The notes under the pieces are model-generated. The model worked only from the letters and a program-made list of their open reading frames with translations, did no database searches and was not told where the DNA came from. DNA of 63,442 nt, filler included, from Nitrospinae bacterium RIFCSPLOWO2_12_FULL_45_22 (GTDB lineage Bacteria > 2-12-FULL-45-22): the NCBI GenBank assembly GCA_001803565.1. It is 6 parts of 6 records of this genome, joined end to end, with 100 filler letters (N's around TTAATTAATTAA, not from the genome) between each part and the next. Parts side by side here need not be neighbours in the genome. Positions count along the whole stretch, not along the records: positions 54,744 to 63,442 come from MHDQ01000042.1; 5 more parts are not named here. The stretch is one strand, 5' to 3'. Shown here one piece after another: positions 61,615-63,442 of this stretch. Positions within the stretch are counted from its first letter, which is position 1; each line of letters opens with the position of its first letter. A program made the translations under genes and the position numbers.

Positions 61615-61932
61615 ATGAAAGATTTAAAAGAGTTTTCTCTGTCATATTATCTTGACGAACTAAAGAGGCGAGAGGGAAAAAAGGCACAAGAGGAGGTATC
61701 AGCGGCCTTGTCTGCTACCACTGTCAGCATAGAGGTGCTAAAGGCCATAAAAGAGGCGAAAGATCACAAACTTCCCCTTACAACCCTTGCCAGAAAGGTC
61801 AATCTAAAGATAGCCCCCTGCCAGGAGGTCTGCGAACATCTGAGGGATGAGGGGTTGATAGAGATAGAACCAGATCAAGAGACAGGGAATGACTGGATCA
61901 AACTATCAGATAAAGGCATGGGTTTACTATGA
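61615..61932 (+). CDS. Small winged-helix-like protein
   Basis: VLKAI...LPLTTLARKVNL....CQEVCEHLRDEGLIEIE.......I.LSDKG; GAGG RBS before ATG 61615 (ORF track uses GTG 61606). Confidence 0.7.
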   Translation: MKDLKEFSLSYYLDELKRREGKKAQEEVSAALSATTVSIEVLKAIKEAKDHKLPLTTLARKVNLKIAPCQEVCEHLRDEGLIEIEPDQETGNDWIKLSDKGMGLL

Positions 61933-62561
61933 CCTCCGCCTATCTGATAACTATATTCTTGAGTCTTATGGTTGCCTCGGCTGAGCTGGTCACAAAGTTT
62001 AAAGACGAGCCTTTTGCCATCCTTACAAAAAATATAACCGCATGGTTTTATATCCTTTTTAATATCTTAATCGCCTCTATATCTCTATATCTTCTTACCA
62101 AAACCGGTTTCTTTGGAAATACCGAATACGATCAGATAAAGGCGGCATTCACGGCGGGTTTTGGTTCTACAATCCTGATGCGGTCAAAGTTTTTTAAGGT
62201 AAGGATCAATGGAAAGGAGGCGGCAATTGGTCCGGAAATAATCATCAATATATTCCTTGAGACACTGGAAAAGATGATAGACAGGGATAGGGCGTTGGAA
62301 CGGAAAAATATAGTAGAAAAATATATGGCGGATATAGATTTTGACAAGACAAAAGATTATGTAGTAACTACAATCATAGCCTCTCTCCAGAATGCTTCCC
62401 CTGAAACAACCAGGAAATTAATGGATGACACAGATAAGATTGCTATATCGTCAATGGGCGATATAGAAAAGAGCTTTGCCCTCGGCTATTTAATACTGGA
62501 TATCATGGGTGAGAAATTTTTAAAGGGGCTTTTTTATAATAAGGAAAGATTTATACGATAA
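61929..62561 (+). CDS. Uncharacterised protein with about 3 N-terminal TM helices and a helical C-terminal domain
   Basis: Hydrophobic segments at the N-terminus, WFYILFNILIASISLYLL and AAFTAGFGSTIL; ATGA overlap with the wHTH gene. Confidence 0.7.
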   Translation: MTSAYLITIFLSLMVASAELVTKFKDEPFAILTKNITAWFYILFNILIASISLYLLTKTGFFGNTEYDQIKAAFTAGFGSTILMRSKFFKVRINGKEAAIGPEIIINIFLETLEKMIDRDRALERKNIVEKYMADIDFDKTKDYVVTTIIASLQNASPETTRKLMDDTDKIAISSMGDIEKSFALGYLILDIMGEKFLKGLFYNKERFIR

Positions 62562-63198
62562 AAAAGAAATCTTGCTATAACTACACCTGGCAGTTCAGTC
62601 CCGGGTTAAACAGGGCAGGCGACACGATATGATAAGCATGCGAGAATATATTTATTGGTTGGAATAATTCAAGGATATAACCGACCGCTTTCAAAAGCTT
62701 AGTATCTCGGCCTAGGGCAGTAGAATTACAAGAGATATAGAGCATCCGGTTGATCTTCAACCTTTTTATCTCTTTTATAAGTTGGGGATGGCAGCCTGAG
62801 CGGTGGCTAATAGGGCAAGATTGTGCCCTATCCCTTGTGCAAAGAGCTTCAATGGAATCGTTCCCTCCTTGCTAGTACGAAAAGAGTAATTTTTTAGACC
62901 ATTGGATTGGGCATTATTTAGGGATAGGGATAAGATTTAAACCGGTGAGACGTAACATAAGGGATAGATTTGCTGTAGTAATTAACACTCCTGAAAGTAT
63001 CTCATAAAGTAGAGATTTCTACGAGTAATGTTTACTAAACAGTAATAGAGAAAGGAGTATCTCTAATCCCAAGGCTTTTCAAAACCCGCGGGCAATCGCT
63101 CATTCCCGGGGTGCTACCCCGCCTTCCTTTTGCTGTTAACTCCAAACAATTTTTATCCATATTATAATGTCAGGGGAGCATCTATATTCCCGAAGGAC

Positions 63199-63310
63199 GA
63201 GATTGCGTTGTTGAGTTCCCTGGCTTGGGCTCCGGACAAGTCACGCAATGACCGGGAAAGATATGGTAGTTTTATTGCTGGGAGCATTAGTGAAGGGGAG
63301 GAGCAATCTC
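63199..63310. repeat. GAGATTGC...GCAATGAC palindrome doublet with the nested unit also seen at 56516
   Basis: GAGATTGCG[TTGTTGAGTTCCCT...GGCTCCGGACAAG]TCACGCAATGAC ... TTATTGC...GAGCAATCTC. Confidence 0.6.
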
Positions 63311-63413
63311 ATGAAGGTTTTAACTGAGAATTGCTGCAAAGTGAACCGGTGAGCTTGACCTCTGCGTATAGCAATGATATGGTATATAGGTTTAAAATTT
63401 TTGCAACCGTTCA

Positions 63414-63439
63414 GCCACCAAGTCACTAAGGCACCAAGG
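63414..63439. repeat. Left half of a CCACNAAG-type element, cut by the window end
   Basis: GCCACCAAGTCACTAAGGCACCAAGG, closely similar to 17205-17230. Confidence 0.7.
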
Positions 63440-63442
63440 AGA

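Overview
This window is not one locus. It is six assembly contigs joined by 100-nt N spacers that contain a synthetic TTAATTAATTAA linker (gaps at 9850-9949, 18925-19024, 27992-28091, 39204-39303, 54644-54743), so neighbourhoods can only be read within a contig. The content suggests an anaerobic bacterium, probably a metagenome bin. Contig 1: 3' end of an AddA/UvrD helicase-nuclease, a type III restriction-modification locus (res, an embedded OLD-like ATPase-TOPRIM gene, mod), an orphan nucleotidyltransferase and a truncated secreted protein. Contig 2: dnaN(3')-gyrB-gyrA, a CbbQ/NirQ AAA ATPase, a SagB-type nitroreductase, a secreted propeller protein and the start of a HIT gene. Contig 3: a CHASE2 adenylate cyclase, an AbrB/PIN pair and a symmetrical Mrp-UbiD-gamma-UbiD-Mrp operon resembling anaerobic arene carboxylases. 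Contig 4: a Wzx/Wzy glycan operon with four radical SAM enzymes and a Thr-type sulfatase-fold protein. Contig 5: ABC exporter, GT-C glycosyltransferase, radical SAM, CoA ligase, 2-hydroxyacyl-CoA dehydratase subunit, two-component pair, recD2 and a Zn-PLC family gene. Contig 6: M1 peptidase, DUF4160/DUF2442 pair and a CHAT-STAND-TPR protein followed by a wHTH gene and a membrane-protein gene. The strongest leads are the putative ATP-coupled UbiD arene carboxylase, in which one paralogue lacks the catalytic Arg, and the NLR-like caspase three-gene module. Several families of short palindromic repeats also occur, some inserted in frame inside DNA helicase/nuclease genes. All family calls come from motif recognition by eye, not database searches.
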